A stretch of 63,825 bases of DNA, the filler included, from Octopus bimaculoides (taxonomy: Eukaryota), in NCBI RefSeq assembly GCF_001194135.2. It is 4 parts of 4 records of this genome, joined end to end, with 100 filler letters (N's around TTAATTAATTAA, not from the genome) between each part and the next. Parts side by side here need not be neighbours in the genome. Positions count along the whole stretch, not along the records: positions 1 to 18,158 come from NC_069009.1; positions 18,259 to 35,685 come from NC_068985.1; 2 more parts are not named here. The stretch is one strand, 5' to 3'. The position numbers and the translations under genes are program-made. Shown in pieces: positions 11,815-24,299 of the stretch (positions are counted from its first letter, which is position 1; the number at the start of each line of letters is the position of its first letter). The notes beneath the pieces were generated by a model. It searched no databases. It was given only the letters and a program-made list of their open reading frames with translations, and was not told the DNA's origin.

Positions 11815-12150
11815 CATTTACTCTTTTACTTGTTTCAGTCATTTGACTGTGGCCATGCTGGAGCACCGCCTTTAGTCGAACAAATCGACCCCAGGACTTA
11901 TTCTTTGTAAGCCATCGGTTGTCAAGCGATGTTGGAGGGCGGGAGGACAAACACAGACACACAAACACATATATATACATATATACGACGGGCTTCTTTC
12001 AGTTTCCGTCTACCAAATCCACTCACAAGGCTTTGGTCGGCCCGAGGTTATAGTAGAAGACACTTGCTCATGGTGCCACGCAGTGGGACTGAACCCAGAA
12101 CCATGTGGTTGGTAAGCAAGCTACTTACCACACAGCCACTCCTGCGCCTA
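11815..12150 (-). mobile_element. tRNA-derived SINE, family A, long copy
   Basis: Full head plus the extended 3' part (ggcggtgctccagcatggccacagtcaaatgactgaaac), which matches 47858-48235. Confidence 0.85.
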
Positions 12151-13012
12151 TTTATATTTATATTTATTACAAATATATAGCATATGCATTTGTAGTATGC
12201 ACAAATATATGCAATATATAAACATTAAATATATNNNNNNNNNNNNNNNNNNNNNNNNNNNNNNNNNNNNNNNNNNNNNNNNNNNNNNNNNNNNNNNNNN
12301 NNNNNNNNNNNNNNNNNNNNNNNNNNNNNNNNNNNNNNNNNNNNNNNNNNNNNNNNNNNNNNNNNNNNNNNNNNNNNNNNNNNNNNNNNNNNNNNNNNNN
12401 NNNNNNNNNNNNNNNNNNNNNNNNNNNNNNNNNNNNNNNNNNNNNNNNNNNNNNNNNNNNNNNNNNNNNNNNNNNNNNNNNNNNNNNNNNNNNNNNNNNN
12501 NNNNNNNNNNNNNNNNNNNNNNNNNNNNNNNNNNNNNNNNNNNNNNNNNNNNNNNNNNNNNNNNNNNNNNNNNNNNNNNNNNNNNNNNNNNNNNNNNNNN
12601 NNNNNNNNNNNNNNNNNNNNNNNNNNNNNNNNNNNNNNNNNNNNNNNNNNNNNNNNNNNNNNNNNNNNNNNNNNNNNNNNNNNNNNNNNNNNNNNNNNNN
12701 NNNNNNNNNNNNNNNNNNNNNNNNNNNNNNNNNNNNNNNNNNNNNNNNNNNNNNNNNNNNNNNNNNNNNNNNNNNNNNNNNNNNNNNNNNNNNNNNNNNN
12801 NNNNNNNNNNNNNNNNNNNNNNNNNNNNNNNNNNNNNNNNNNNNNNNNNNNNNNNNNNNNNNNNNNNNNNNNNNNNNNNNNNNNNNNNNNNNNNNNNNNN
12901 NNNNNNNNNNNNNNNNNNNNNNNNNNNNNNNNNNNNNNNNNNNNNNNNNNNNNNNNNNNNNNNNNNNNNNNNNNNNNNNNNNNNNNNNNNNNNNNNNNNN
13001 NNNNNNNNNNNN

Positions 13013-13057
<45 letters not shown>

Positions 13058-13076
13058 CATATATATATATATACAT

Positions 13077-13137
<61 letters not shown>

Positions 13138-13186
13138 TACATATATATATACATACACACATACATACAAAAAATACATACACATA

Positions 13187-13333
13187 TAGGTGCAAGAGTG
13201 GCTGTGTGGTAAGTAGCTTGCTTATCAACCGCATGGTCCGGGTTCATTCCCACTGCGTGGCACCTTGGGCAAGTGTCTTCTACTATAGCCTTGGGCTGAC
13301 CAAAGCCCTGTGAGTGGATTTGGTAGATGGAAA
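13187..13333 (+). mobile_element. tRNA-derived SINE, family A
   Basis: Same head and body as 642-800. Confidence 0.8.
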
Positions 13334-13904
13334 CATATACATACATACACATATGTATATATATATATATACACACACACACACATATACATACATATAT
13401 AGACACCCATGTACAAAACATATATACACACACTATATGTGCACACACACACATATATATATACACACATACATACATGTTCACATATACATGTAAACAT
13501 ATATATACACACATATGTTTAAACACATATACATATATGCTCACAGACACACACATATATACAGTATACATATATGTGTTATTTAAAACAGTTTGATTTG
13601 GCCCCATGTGACTAAAAGTTTCATGGGCCTCAGAGAAACCCATCTCTTTCAAGATTAGATTTCTGATAGTTACATTAATCTGAAGTCTGAGAAAGACAAA
13701 CTTCTGTTAGAGGCCTGTGAAACTTTTAGCCACATAGAGCTGAACCAAAATGTGTAACTCCTGCTAAATGTGTTGAGTGCCGTGTTTCCTTTTGTTTTTT
13801 CATTCACTCATGTGTGTGTGTGCATATATATATACATACATATATATATATATATATATAAATTTAATAAATGGAGTAATACACATATGTTAAATGAATT
13901 CTTT

Positions 13905-13996
13905 TATTTCCAACATATGTTTCGAAGATTACAAATGGTTTCTTCCAAAGGAATAGGTGACATTGATAAGGATGTAATCTTCTCTTCAGGGAAATA
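13905..13996 (-). ncRNA. Minimal type I hammerhead ribozyme (complete core, long helix II)
   Basis: UAUUUCC-CUGAAGA-GAAGAUUACA-(39 nt)-UGUAAUCUUC-GAAAC-AUAU-GUU-GGAAAUA. 7-bp helix I, 10-bp perfect helix II, palindromic helix III ACAUAUGU. Confidence 0.9.
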
Positions 13997-14661
13997 CATA
14001 AGAACCAGCTTAACCGTAAGACATTTTAACCAAATGTGATAACTGTAGGAAGATAATTGCCCAAAATAACAGGGAGTTTCTACCTCATAAANNNNNNNNN
14101 NNNNNNNNNNNNNNNNNNNNNNNNNNNNNNNNNNNNNNNNNNNNNNNNNNNNNNNNNNNNNNNNNNNNNNNNNNNNNNNNNNNNNNNNNNNNNNNNNNNN
14201 NNNNNNNNNNNNNNNNNNNNNNNNNNNNNNNNNNNNAATATTCAGAAAACAACTTAACTCTAAAAGGGAAGAAACTCTAACCTTCCGATTAGACACATTA
14301 GTGACTTTAACTTGCCAACAAAAAAATACAAGTTGTTTTTAGAGTAAATGTTTCTATTTTCACTTTTGTTAAACACAATATTTTAAACATTTAGAAATAT
14401 TTGAAAGTGAAAGTGATTTTAAAAATGTAAGTAATGTACAATAAGTATTTATATTTTAGCTTTCTTTAAACAGACAATATCTTTTTAAAAATTATTTTCA
14501 AGTGAATACCATTACAAACATTTTTTGGGGGCATATTTAAAAAATATTTTAAAGTGAAAATGACTTTAAAAATATAGTAAATATTTCGTAAAAGACCCGT
14601 TTGTAACTTTGGTGTAAAATAATTTTTTCCATTTTGAGTGCATTCAACATATCAAACCTTC

Positions 14662-14780
14662 AAAGATTTGGCTGTTATTTCTAGCACGCCCTGCTACCAC
14701 GTGACAACTATTTGCACTAAAGGACCCGAAATAGCTGTTAGATGATAGCAGGGTGTGCAAGAAATAACAGCCAAATCTTT
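14662..14780. repeat. 119-bp fold-back (MITE-like inverted repeat)
   Basis: Arms 14662-14696 and 14746-14780 are reverse complements at 33/35, with an inner acaactattt/aaatagctgt stem. Confidence 0.8.
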
Positions 14781-16170
14781 CCTTTTCTGAGGAAAGGAGC
14801 CGTTTACACATGATTTCGATGCCACATTTGTTGAAAGCATGCGAAATAACTTGGAAAAGAAAACCCCATGAAACAAAATTCTGTTGGTGGGAAACTCCGA
14901 GATCCCCACAACCCTTGCCTCTTTTCTTTTCTGGAAGAAAAGGGCTTGCGGTGGGTTTGGAGGTGAGGTACGTTGTATGCACTTGAAAAAAAAAAACTTT
15001 AGCCAAGATTGGAACCGGCATGCAAATAGAAGGATCAATGAGATTGATAAAGCAAGGGCTGAGTGTCTGGCGGAACAGAGGGAAAGAGAGAGAAGCAGGA
15101 GAGATCAGGGATCGGATGCTCATGTGAATACAAATGGAATAAAACAAGTTTTTTTGTAAATCGGACAACAGGTTACCGAGATACACGTTTTTTCGGGTAC
15201 TTTTATAAATAGCCAAACTGGTGTATAATGCTTTGAAAGCAAAGTACCAATGAATAACAGAATAACAAAGAATAACAGAAGTTTCATGTAAACTGGACCA
15301 CAGATTCCTGATTTACATAGTTTTTTGGGGTACCTTGAACTATTGGTGACCCAACAGGTCATTGGTAGTCTAGTATAAATATATACATAGATATATGTAT
15401 TTATGCAGCCATGCATGAATACGTACAGATATAAACATAACTTTATATAAAAAATATTTTCATTGCGTATAGTCAGATCTGAAACACTGTTTTGCATATT
15501 CATTCTTAATATGTTCTGGTTGATTTTACCACAAATATGCTAATAGCTGTTGAGTTCGTCACAGAAGAAAAATTTCTCCCTTTTACAATGAGTGTGTTCA
15601 CAACACATCTAGCTGTCCAACGTCTTCCAATACAGTCAACATGATGCTGCAATTAAGATGCTGAACAGAATCATTCAGAAAGAAATTGGTTTCATTTCAA
15701 ATTGGTCCAGAGAAACAGATTTACAGTAAGAATACAAAACGGTGGTAATGTCAAGAAGGCCAGAGTCTTGTGTATAATGTAAAAGACATGCCACAAAAAG
15801 TGCTGCTTATTTTTGCATGGAAATAGTTTATTAATTGTGGTCTTGTCTTTTGAATTTGAACCCTCCATATTTTGGATTGCCCATTCCTTCCTACTATTGC
15901 ACTGGGGGTCAAAAATTGTATAAAAAGTTAGTTAACCCAAACAATGGACTAATTCAAATTAGGGCCAGATTAAGACCTACAGAGGCCCTCAAAATTATAT
16001 TTCCAATCACGTATACCACCTCAAATATTTTTGGAAGTTTAAAGGGTATTTTCTGTGCTGTAAACCATTTACCATTTCTATGGTACCCTGTTTCCCTTGA
16101 TGCCTTATGTACGTGGATGCGGGGCTGGATTAAGAGCCATAGAGGCCCTAAGTACATAAAAGATTTTGGT

Positions 16171-16267
<97 letters not shown>

Positions 16268-16689
16268 ATTTAAAATATAAACAATAATAAACAATAAAAT
16301 ATATTATATTTTTAAAAATGAGATGAAATTAACAGAAAGATGGAAGATAATATTTATTTTTGTGTAATTCCACTTCATTTATATTTGAAAAATTTTCTCC
16401 AACTTGTTTTTTGAAAGCTAAGTCTTCGATCAAATCCTCAATATGACACCACAAACACTTTGAAATCATATTTCTGGCCATATAAACCACTTGAAATATT
16501 ATTACAGCAAGATTAAGGTGATTGCTTTTGTGTTGTAAAAAATTTACCATTTCTGGGATGCCCCCACTACACTTGATGCTCTAAGTATGCCCTTATTTTG
16601 CTTAATGGTTAATCCAGTGCTTATTCAAAGAATTGAAGGTTTGAATACAACACTGACATTCCTCACAGCCGTTCAGTCAATATTATTAT

Positions 16690-17030
16690 TATTTTGACAC
16701 TCAAAGAAAGAAACAAAGGAAAAAAAAGTTATAACGTTTTGGAGAAAGTCCTTCATCAGATATTAAAGGAAAGAAAGGAGACATTGGGAAGAGAACGTAT
16801 AGAAAGAAGGGGGGTATAAACGAGAAGAGAGCCAGGAAAAAGTATTTATGGGTTAAGTGGACATGTTTGACTGCTGATCTTTTCAAGAGGGGCGGAATTG
16901 TCCTCTCACCTCAAGATAAAAGGTGATGCCTACTTCACACAGATGGAAGGGCACCCTTGTGGTCTAATCGGGCATAAAAAGAACCCCTTGATTTCTTATG
17001 AATCAAAGGGAATGAGAGTTGTCTAAACTA
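16690..17030 (-). mobile_element. Penelope-like element 3' remnant with decayed hammerhead
   Basis: Frameshifted traces (C..C..ILR.EDNS; LLKRSAVKHVHLTHKYFF) resemble the Penelope C-terminal LNKRSE..C.H..K motif. They are followed by CUGAUGA-A-GGAC-UUU-CUCC-AAAAC-GUU at 16728-16765. Confidence 0.5.
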
Positions 17031-17059
17031 CATTTAAACCAACCCTAATGAAACAGGTT

Positions 17060-17126
17060 GGAAGAAGAAGAAGAAAAAGAAAAGGAAGAAGAAGAAAAAG
17101 AAAAGAAGAAGAAGAAGAAGAAGAAG

Positions 17127-17157
<31 letters not shown>

Positions 17158-17375
17158 GGAACAACGAGGAAGAGGATAAGTGGAAGGAGAAGAAGTGGAA
17201 GAAGAAAAAGAAGAATTGGAAGGAGGGAAAAAAGAATTGGAAGAAAAGGAGGAGGAGAAAAAGAATTGGAAGAAGAAGAAAAAGAAGAAGAAGGAGAAAA
17301 AGTGGAAGATGGAGGGGAGGAGGAGAAGTAGAAGGAGAAGAAGTGGAAGAAGAAGAAGAACAACAACAACAACAA
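17060..17375. repeat. (GAA)n/(GGA)n polypurine microsatellite complex
   Basis: Long pure GAA run at about 17100-17157 inside a nearly all-purine tract. Confidence 0.95.
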
Positions 17376-18096
17376 GTGAAAAGAATTACTAATAACTATA
17401 GAAAAATGTAACTTGAAATATAGCGATTCAAAAGGATACTTTGAAAATGAAATAAGATGTCTTAAAAAATATTCTTCTCTTAACCATTTGCAGATTAAAA
17501 GTGATTGATGATGCTGTTTGTTAATTTCATAATAATGAGACTTACTGCTTGAAATAGCAGTAAAAAAAAATATATTAAAACATAACACAGAAGAGAAGAG
17601 ACTACTAAAACACCAAAATGCAATCAACTTCAGAGAATATTAAACCATATAATTATAAAGCCATTTTGTAACAAAAAAGCAAAAAGCCTCCATTGTTAAG
17701 CAAACGATTATGGCAGACATATTGTTTTTTTTTTATCTTTGTTAAATTACAGATGAAGAGCAAATGCAATCTGCAAATTTTCTCTTCTTTGTCTGGATAT
17801 TAGTATATTTCGGTATTTGCATTTGGCGTAGAATATATTTGCAAACAATTTTCAGACATTATTGATACAAGAAATTTCTGCATATGTGTGTATATTATGT
17901 GTATATCACGTTTAATATTTTACATATTTATATATGACGTTATATAATGAGCTAGCATTTCGAAAGGTCAAATCTGTTATAATGGTGTTATGGATTGAAA
18001 TACATATTTACTTTTACTTTATGAAGACGTATTGTAAAGAAAGGGGCATGCTGTGTTGTTGGAGCAGGAAAACAAACAATGGTAGCCCTGTATTCG

Positions 18097-18158
<62 letters not shown>

Positions 18159-18202
18159 NNNNNNNNNNNNNNNNNNNNNNNNNNNNNNNNNNNNNNNNNN
18201 NN

Positions 18203-18214
18203 TTAATTAATTAA
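18203..18214. other. Assembly spacer TTAATTAATTAA (six-frame stop linker)
   Basis: Flanked by 44 N on each side (100 bp total). Identical linkers at 35730-35741 and 46981-46992. Confidence 0.9.
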
Positions 18215-18258
18215 NNNNNNNNNNNNNNNNNNNNNNNNNNNNNNNNNNNNNNNNNNNN

Positions 18259-18295
<37 letters not shown>

Positions 18296-18399
18296 AACAT
18301 ACACACACGCACATATATGTGTGTATGTATGTATGTATATAATAGCCAGACAATAATCTGACAGACTTGAAAAAATATGGGAATATATGAGATTTGGTG

Positions 18400-18990
18400 A
18401 ATCTCATATATTGCATCATATGCAGACTCTGTGGTGCTCTTTACATTGGAGAAACAGGGTGATGCCTTGGGGATCACTTTTGTGAACACATCAGAAGCAT
18501 AATGCTTCATATGCCAGGCCAACCTGTTGCCACCCACTTCAACACTGAATCATTCTATTGATGATTTATCAGTGTGTGGTATGGCCTTGCACCATGGATA
18601 CCCCATCTCTAGAAAATGCAAGGAGCAATGTCTCATATTTGATCTTGGCGCTATGTCCTCAACAGGTATAAATGAATATTTTTCCTTTCATCCTTTCACC
18701 CCCTTTAAATTCTTTTTTACCCTTTTTAATCCTCCTTCCACACTCTCTCTGCAACATTCCCATTTTTACTTATCTCTACTCTCACCATCACCCCTTTCCT
18801 TCTCCTTTCAATACACACTCTCCTATAACTTCTGTTTCACGTTAGCAGCCTGTGTTATTCTGCATCCATTATCAGTTGCAACCAGTTTTTCAAGCTGAGA
18901 GGATGTAAACTCTGTTTGACTTTTTCTCCTTTTCTTCTCTTTTTCTCTGCCCCTTGACAAAGGCTTGAATCCGAAACATTAGATATTCCA
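18400..18990 (+). mobile_element. Penelope-like element: GIY-YIG endonuclease pseudogene plus pLTR
   Basis: NLIYCIICRLCGALYIGETG*CLGDHFCEH..PVATHFN, frameshift, then LNHSIDDLSVCG..RKCKEQCLIFDLGAMSSTGINEYFSF. A pyrimidine-rich 3' region follows, then a decayed hammerhead ttgacaaaggcttgaatccgaaacatt at about 18953-18980. Confidence 0.85.
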
Positions 18991-19058
18991 CTCCTCATGG
19001 CAAGTTCACTGTACCCCTTTCACTTTTTCCCATATATATGTATATATATGTATGTATG

Positions 19059-19107
<49 letters not shown>

Positions 19108-19414
19108 CTACTTTTATTATTATTTTGCTTAGGGATAGTGATACTAATAACCTAGTGTTAGAACTCAATATACATATACTTCAGAACAAAGTGTTAGTTT
19201 AGTAAAGAGCAGTAGCAAGAAACAGAAATGACAAAAGAATGTCAGTATGGATAGAGCACATATAAATGTCTCCTAGAAAACATTTGTTGCCTAAAGGGCA
19301 AGATGATTTTATTTGAAAGTTACATAATATTATTATATTAGGTCTTATATTATTGTTATCATTATTGTTGTTATGAGATCCATATTCATTGTAACTATCA
19401 TCATCATCATCATC

Positions 19415-20120
19415 ATTATTTTATGTTTAACGTTTGCTTTGCTCCAAGTCTCAGCCAGAGACCTTAAGAGACAACAACTTAGAAGTTTGTGTTATGCTTA
19501 GGGTGCCATATATTTGGTTTTGTACATAGTGTTGTTCTAGAGAATGTTTAAGAAACCATAAGAAAATTATGTGTTTGTTTTAAAATTTGAGATTACATAG
19601 ACAGTATTTTATGTAGGATATGGGCAGTTCCCATGAGCACTATCTTTTAAATTTCTGCCATTTTGAGGTTTCCTGGTATCTGAGCTCGGTAGCAATCAGC
19701 CCCTTTTGCTATCATTCCTAGGGCACCTATGACAACAGGTATTGTTTTAGTCTTCAGGTTCCACATTTTGCTAATTTCTATTTCAAGATCTTTATATTTG
19801 CTCAGTTTTTGGTAGGTCTTGACAGATACATTTATATTGATTGGGACAGTCATATCAATGAGGAGGCATGGTTTTTGTCTGAAGTCTTTCAATATGATAT
19901 CTGGCCTATTTGCATCTATCTTTCTGTCAGTTTGAATGGTGAAGTTCCAGAGGAGTGAGATGTGACCATTTTCAAGCACTGGAGGTGGTTTGTGTTCCCA
20001 TCAGTTTTTATCATGGGGCAAGTCCAGGTTTTTGCAAATTACCCAGTCAAACATATTGTGCAGCTCTATCATGCCTGTTGCTGGAAAGGAGTCAAGTGCT
20101 TCTAGTAGACTGCATGTCTG
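19415..20120 (-). mobile_element. R4/Dong-like non-LTR retrotransposon 3' fragment (REL endonuclease)
   Basis: NRHDRAAQY..WVICK..WEHKPPPVLEN..LLWNFTIQTDRKIDANRPDII..IDMTVP..KLSKYKDL..IPVVIGALG..KIVLMGTAHIL. The 3' end abuts a (TGA/TAA)n tract. Confidence 0.85.
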
Positions 20121-20139
20121 AAATTTTCTGCAGACTATA

Positions 20140-21650
20140 TACTGTTGGTTCTAATAAGTTATAGTCTGAGAAACTCGTTGGTGATGCCTTAATATTTTGG
20201 ATATATAATGTGTTATTTGTGGAGCAGAGGTCCAGTACATTTTTACCCCTTGTTGGGTAGAGCACTATTTGCTCCAGGAATAGCCTGTTTGTAAGGTCAC
20301 ATGGAAATCTGGCCTCAGAGGGGAGATTTGACATCAGCAAATTTGAAGTCTCTTAGAAGTATGTGAAGACTGTCATCTAGGTTGTTTAATACAGCTTCCA
20401 TCTTTTTGAGACTCTCTTCAAATGAGTAGCCATGATTTGGAGTATCTAGTGGGAAATATGTAGTGCACATTACCATTATAATCTGTTTAATGTCTACCAT
20501 CAGTGAGTCACAAACTGAGTTTGAGTGTGACAGGAAAATTACAGGAGTGACATTTTCCTAGATGTACATTGCAACACCATCATGAGTTCTTTCCATCCTA
20601 TTAGTTTGAAATACAATATACTTCAATATGTGTATTGCAGCATCTGCTGTGTCAGTGGTCAGATGTGTTTCTGTTATTGCTTGATGATATGTAACTAAGT
20701 CTCTCAAGTATGAAGTTTTATGCTGATGGGATGTTACAAGGCTCCTGGTATTCAGTGGGAATGTTGGGGTGACATACGGGGTGTCAGTAGTGGCTGCTGG
20801 CCTGGCATTTGTGGAGGCATCAGGGGTGGCTTGTTTGCAGTGGTGTTGTGTGCTGATATGTGTTTCTGTGACATAATGTTTGATGAAGCCAGGCCAGCTT
20901 CCAGATCCTCTGAACCTAATCAAAAAAGTATGCTGCTTGTCTGCTGCTGTCTGCACCTCATCTATATTTTGCCTCATCTTAGGAGTGGTGCATGCAACAG
21001 CTGAATGTTTCCAGGGCAGAAGCTGTATGTATTGTAATCTGGTCTTGTGTCCTTTCTGATTCTGATGGAAGTGTTTACTTCCTCAGGAACAGTTTTATCT
21101 GGTTTTGAATTGAGTAAAACAGATACAGTTCACAAGGGACTTGGAATGAGCAAATAATCAGCCTGTCCCAGTATCTCCATACTAGACTGCTTGAGTTTTC
21201 TTTTTCACAGAGCCTTTGTTTCTGCAAGTTCTACATTTTTTATCTTTCTTCTCACCTTGGACCAACAGCCTTCCACAGTTTGCTTTCTTTCTTGTGTCTC
21301 CACCTTCATCTTTGGTTTCTCTGTATTTCCTGGTTTGTCTTTGTTTTGCTGCTGTTCTCCTTGGGCTCACAGTTGCTTAGAATGCTGATGTCTGTTTTGT
21401 TGCATTAGTCTCTCACAGTACCACTTTGACCCTTCATAAATTCTATTGAGTTTGTCGAGAGTGTGTCACTGGTTTCTTTTCGATCTTTTTCATATTACCC
21501 CACTTTTTTAAGACACTGATTAATAATTCAATATGCAATGTAACAAGGGCAGATGAAGAAATAAATTCGTTTGTATTTGAGCTGTGGTTTGGTGAATAGC
21601 AATGCTCTTCAGGGTTTCTGTGATTAGGTTGTTTGGTGATGATCCTTCTG
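20140..21650 (-). mobile_element. CR1/L2-like LINE 5' remnant (ORF1 traces plus APE endonuclease)
   Basis: ITETHLTTDTADAAIHILKYIVFQTNRMERTHDGVAMYI, LLRDFKF (GDFN-like) and QIVLYPTRGKNVLDLCSTN..SDYNLL are APE motifs. The upstream ORF1-like region is heavily decayed. Confidence 0.7.
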
Positions 21651-21775
21651 CTAAGTTTCATGAAGGAAGTATTGCTTTCATTTCTTCAAACTACCAGTTT
21701 GTTTGGATTTTAAAGGTGTAGTTGGTATTGCTGAGGTTCATTTTGTTCAGATAGGGAAGAAAGGAGAGTAGGAAG

Positions 21776-21825
<50 letters not shown>

Positions 21826-22699
21826 AATGGACGTGAAGCAGCAGAGAGGGAAAAACAGAGATAAGAGAATCTCAGTGAGAGGAACAGAGAGATAAATCAA
21901 TGTGAATAGAGTCGAAAAGATAGAAAGGGATCAATTTATTATATACATACATATAAGTCAAAAGGACTTAAGAAAAAAATGCCACTGTAAAGCCTATCTT
22001 TTGTGTTAAATATGAGGATTTTAGGAAAAGATTAACAGAAAGATTAATACAATGTACACACACATAAGTACACATATGGATAGCATGTTGAAGCAATATC
22101 CTTTCAGGTGAGGAAAAGATGAAAGAGTTTAGCTGTATGAGCTTTTCTTGAGGTTTTTAGTAATGAAAAGGCATCAGGAATGGAAAATAAGTTACGTTTA
22201 AGTTGTCGCAAAACTTATCTACTCATCAAAACTTATCGCTTTGTTCAAAATTTATCTACTTATCTACTAGTTTGACAATCTAGAAGAATACTGACATATG
22301 TTACTTGATAAATTATATAGCAGAAGAAAATAAGTACAAGAAAGATATGGTCGTCTAAAACCCAGGAAAGTGGTGCATAGTCACTAAACGATATTAAGGC
22401 ATGTTTTGGGGAGTTTAAATAACCAAAATCCAAGGGACAGCTATAGGTGGTGGTATTTGTGGTCTGTGTTGTTAGATTAATTATCTCAATGTTTGAAATT
22501 AATTACTGTTAATAAAATTATAGCTTATTAGATTTTTAACTTAATCTATAGGAATGAAACTTTAGAAAATATTTTTATTACTTCGTTTAGATCAGTTTGA
22601 TCTCTGATCGCCTATTGAGGATATGTACATAATATCAGGTAGTATTCAAACTAGGAACCTGTATGCCTAAATTGAGAAGAAATGTAGTATGGATGACAA

Positions 22700-22731
<32 letters not shown>

Positions 22732-23724
22732 CGCGAGTGTGTCTGTGTGTGTGTGTCTGCGTGCGTGCGTGTGTAAACAAAATTGCTTCATCCTTATTAG
22801 CTGAAAAATTCTAGTAGAATAAAATAAATCTTTATCGTGATGTTTAGAGTTATTTCCCTTAGAAGTGGTGTAATAATTGGAGTTATTTCCCTTACACAAT
22901 AGTTAATGCCTCGTATTAGTTGCTTCATACCAAATGTATTTGGGAAGATATTCGAAATTTGTAATACGATATAATCGTAGGCGCAGTATGAGTGAATGAT
23001 TAAGAAGTTCGCTTTGCAACCACAACGTTCCAGATTCCATCCTTCTATGTGGCATCTTGGACAAATGTCTTATTTTATAACCTTGGATCGCTCCATACCT
23101 TGTGAAATTATGTACAAGTTAATGAGGGCTGCACTCGTAATTCAAAAGATGCAGCCCTGTCACACTGATTCTGCCTGAGAATTACATTAAGGATAACCTA
23201 CAAGTTAATTCAGTTGATTGAACAACTGAATCCTCATCGTCGAATAATGGAAATTCCCGAGCACCACCACCACTGCCACAATACAACCGATAATAGCCAC
23301 ATCTCGCAATCGAGTATGACATTGGTAGCATGTGCCATGCTTTTGAAGATAGTTTTAGATACCAATGTAGTCACGAGCAGACATAAACGTCTTGACCCTC
23401 ACTCATCTTAAAACACTGAGAGCAAAGTGAAAGGAAGCACCTTGCTCAACATGTCTAAACCAGTAATGGAACCCACGAACATGTGATCATGAGACTAACA
23501 TCCTAACCACTTGGCCACATGCCTACACAATATAATATGGGAAAACAGGATCAAAAGGCAAAACGAAACAAAATCGAATATAGCAGTACAGTATATCTGT
23601 CTGTCTGTCTGTCTATCTATCAAAGTGCTCTAAACAAGTAGGTATTTATCCTGTTGCTCTAATAATGATAGGTATGAAGCTGAGAGTGCAATTTGGGTAC
23701 TGGATTTGCAAACCCCATAGATGT

Positions 23725-23984
23725 CCTTATATATCTATTATGGCCAATCATACCAATCAGTTTTGCAGTAGGTGTTCAGCAGAGTGTAGGTAACAGTCCA
23801 ATTATGTAATCCTGTGCTCTTCAGAGTTAGCTGTTATGGAATGATATGGCAGTCGCCATATTTCATTCCATAACAGTTACCTCTGAAGATTGCAGGGTTA
23901 CATATTCAGATTTTTACCTATAACACTCCGTTGAACATCTAGTGTGAAACAGATTAGTAAGATCGGCCGTAATTGATATATAAT
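23725..23984. repeat. About 260-bp fold-back palindrome with near-perfect core
   Basis: Core 23818-23889 pairs almost perfectly around a 4-nt loop (agtc, 23851-23854). The outer arms stay alignable at roughly 75-80% by eye. Confidence 0.85.
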
Positions 23985-24055
23985 GCTGTACACTTTGATT
24001 AATACTGACAGATATACGAGTACATTTTTTCTTGACTTATGGACTCTTAGACAGC

Positions 24056-24138
<83 letters not shown>

Positions 24139-24299
24139 TTCTTCTCTCTCTTTTAGAGTAAATTTTCACCAGCCACCTACTTGGTAGCAAGGTGGTGAAG
24201 GAAAGCATCACGTTTTGTTAATCATCCTTTAAGTCTTTAAAACGGTCTTGCAGAATTTTATAGTTCCAGATAATGTGATCATTTGTGGCATATGAATCA

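Noticed and set aside
14884-15159. 91-aa ORF with a charged helical-looking stretch
   Set aside because: No recognisable domain, no convincing splice or start context, and overlapping ORFs on the other strand look equally random.
21640-21695. Hammerhead-like TTGAAGA-A-ATGAA..TTCAT-GAAAC on the minus strand
   Set aside because: Helix II is present but there is no NUH triplet or helix I, so it is too degenerate to call.
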